Below are positions 62,492 through 64,000 of a stretch of DNA of 64,000 nucleotides, in pieces. Under the pieces are notes generated by a model. It saw only the letters and a program-made list of their open reading frames with translations, did no database searches and was not told the origin of the DNA. The stretch comes from Alphaproteobacteria bacterium (GTDB lineage Bacteria > Pseudomonadota > Alphaproteobacteria > UBA7879). The translations under genes were made by a program, and so were the position numbers. Position 1 is the stretch's first letter, and each line of letters opens with the position of its first letter. Location of the stretch: positions 240,381 through 304,380 of the forward strand of contig CBCXTT010000002.1 in assembly GCA_965178295.1 (NCBI GenBank), written 5' to 3'.

Positions 62492-64000
<1,509 letters not shown>

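Overview
The window looks like a core chromosomal segment of a moderately AT-rich alphaproteobacterium, probably one with a partly eroded, host-associated genome. The lineage call rests on the gene content: SspB-alpha, HemJ, PCu(A)C, an NDUFA12-like protein with MlaD and DUF2155, DUF3035, DUF374-waaA-lpxK, and a circularly permuted tmRNA gene. I call about 55 housekeeping CDS, 2 tRNAs (Val-GAC, Ser-CGA), one two-piece tmRNA gene, a perfect parS site upstream of parAB, and a few terminators and operator-like palindromes. I saw no transposase, integrase, phage gene, CRISPR array or recognisable defence or secretion system, so I cannot honestly point to a novel multi-gene system here. The observations most worth a second look are these. 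(1) The permuted tmRNA carries an unusually long (36-codon), Arg-rich tag frame and sits directly next to its SspB-like adaptor gene. (2) The gene set hemE-hemH-hemJ-rho-parS-parA-parB-dnaQ is origin-proximal in type, with a perfect DnaA box plus an AT-rich tract between parB and dnaQ. (3) The msbA-like lipid A exporter is broken by a -1 frameshift inside a G8 tract in its Walker A codons, and G/C homopolymers of 7-8 nt appear over-represented across the window. (4) Several 0.5-1.8 kb blocks lack credible ORFs (about 11-12 kb, roughly 18% of the window by my coordinate arithmetic). At least two of them seem to hold eroded genes exactly where synteny predicts them: SCO1/SenC upstream of PCu(A)C, and rlmH downstream of rsfS. 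(5) NrdR-box-like tandem operators and a perfect 16-bp palindrome lie upstream of a class II RNR gene. All calls come from reading the sequence and ORF translations by eye. No searches were run, start codons are approximate, and family assignments rest on remembered motifs.
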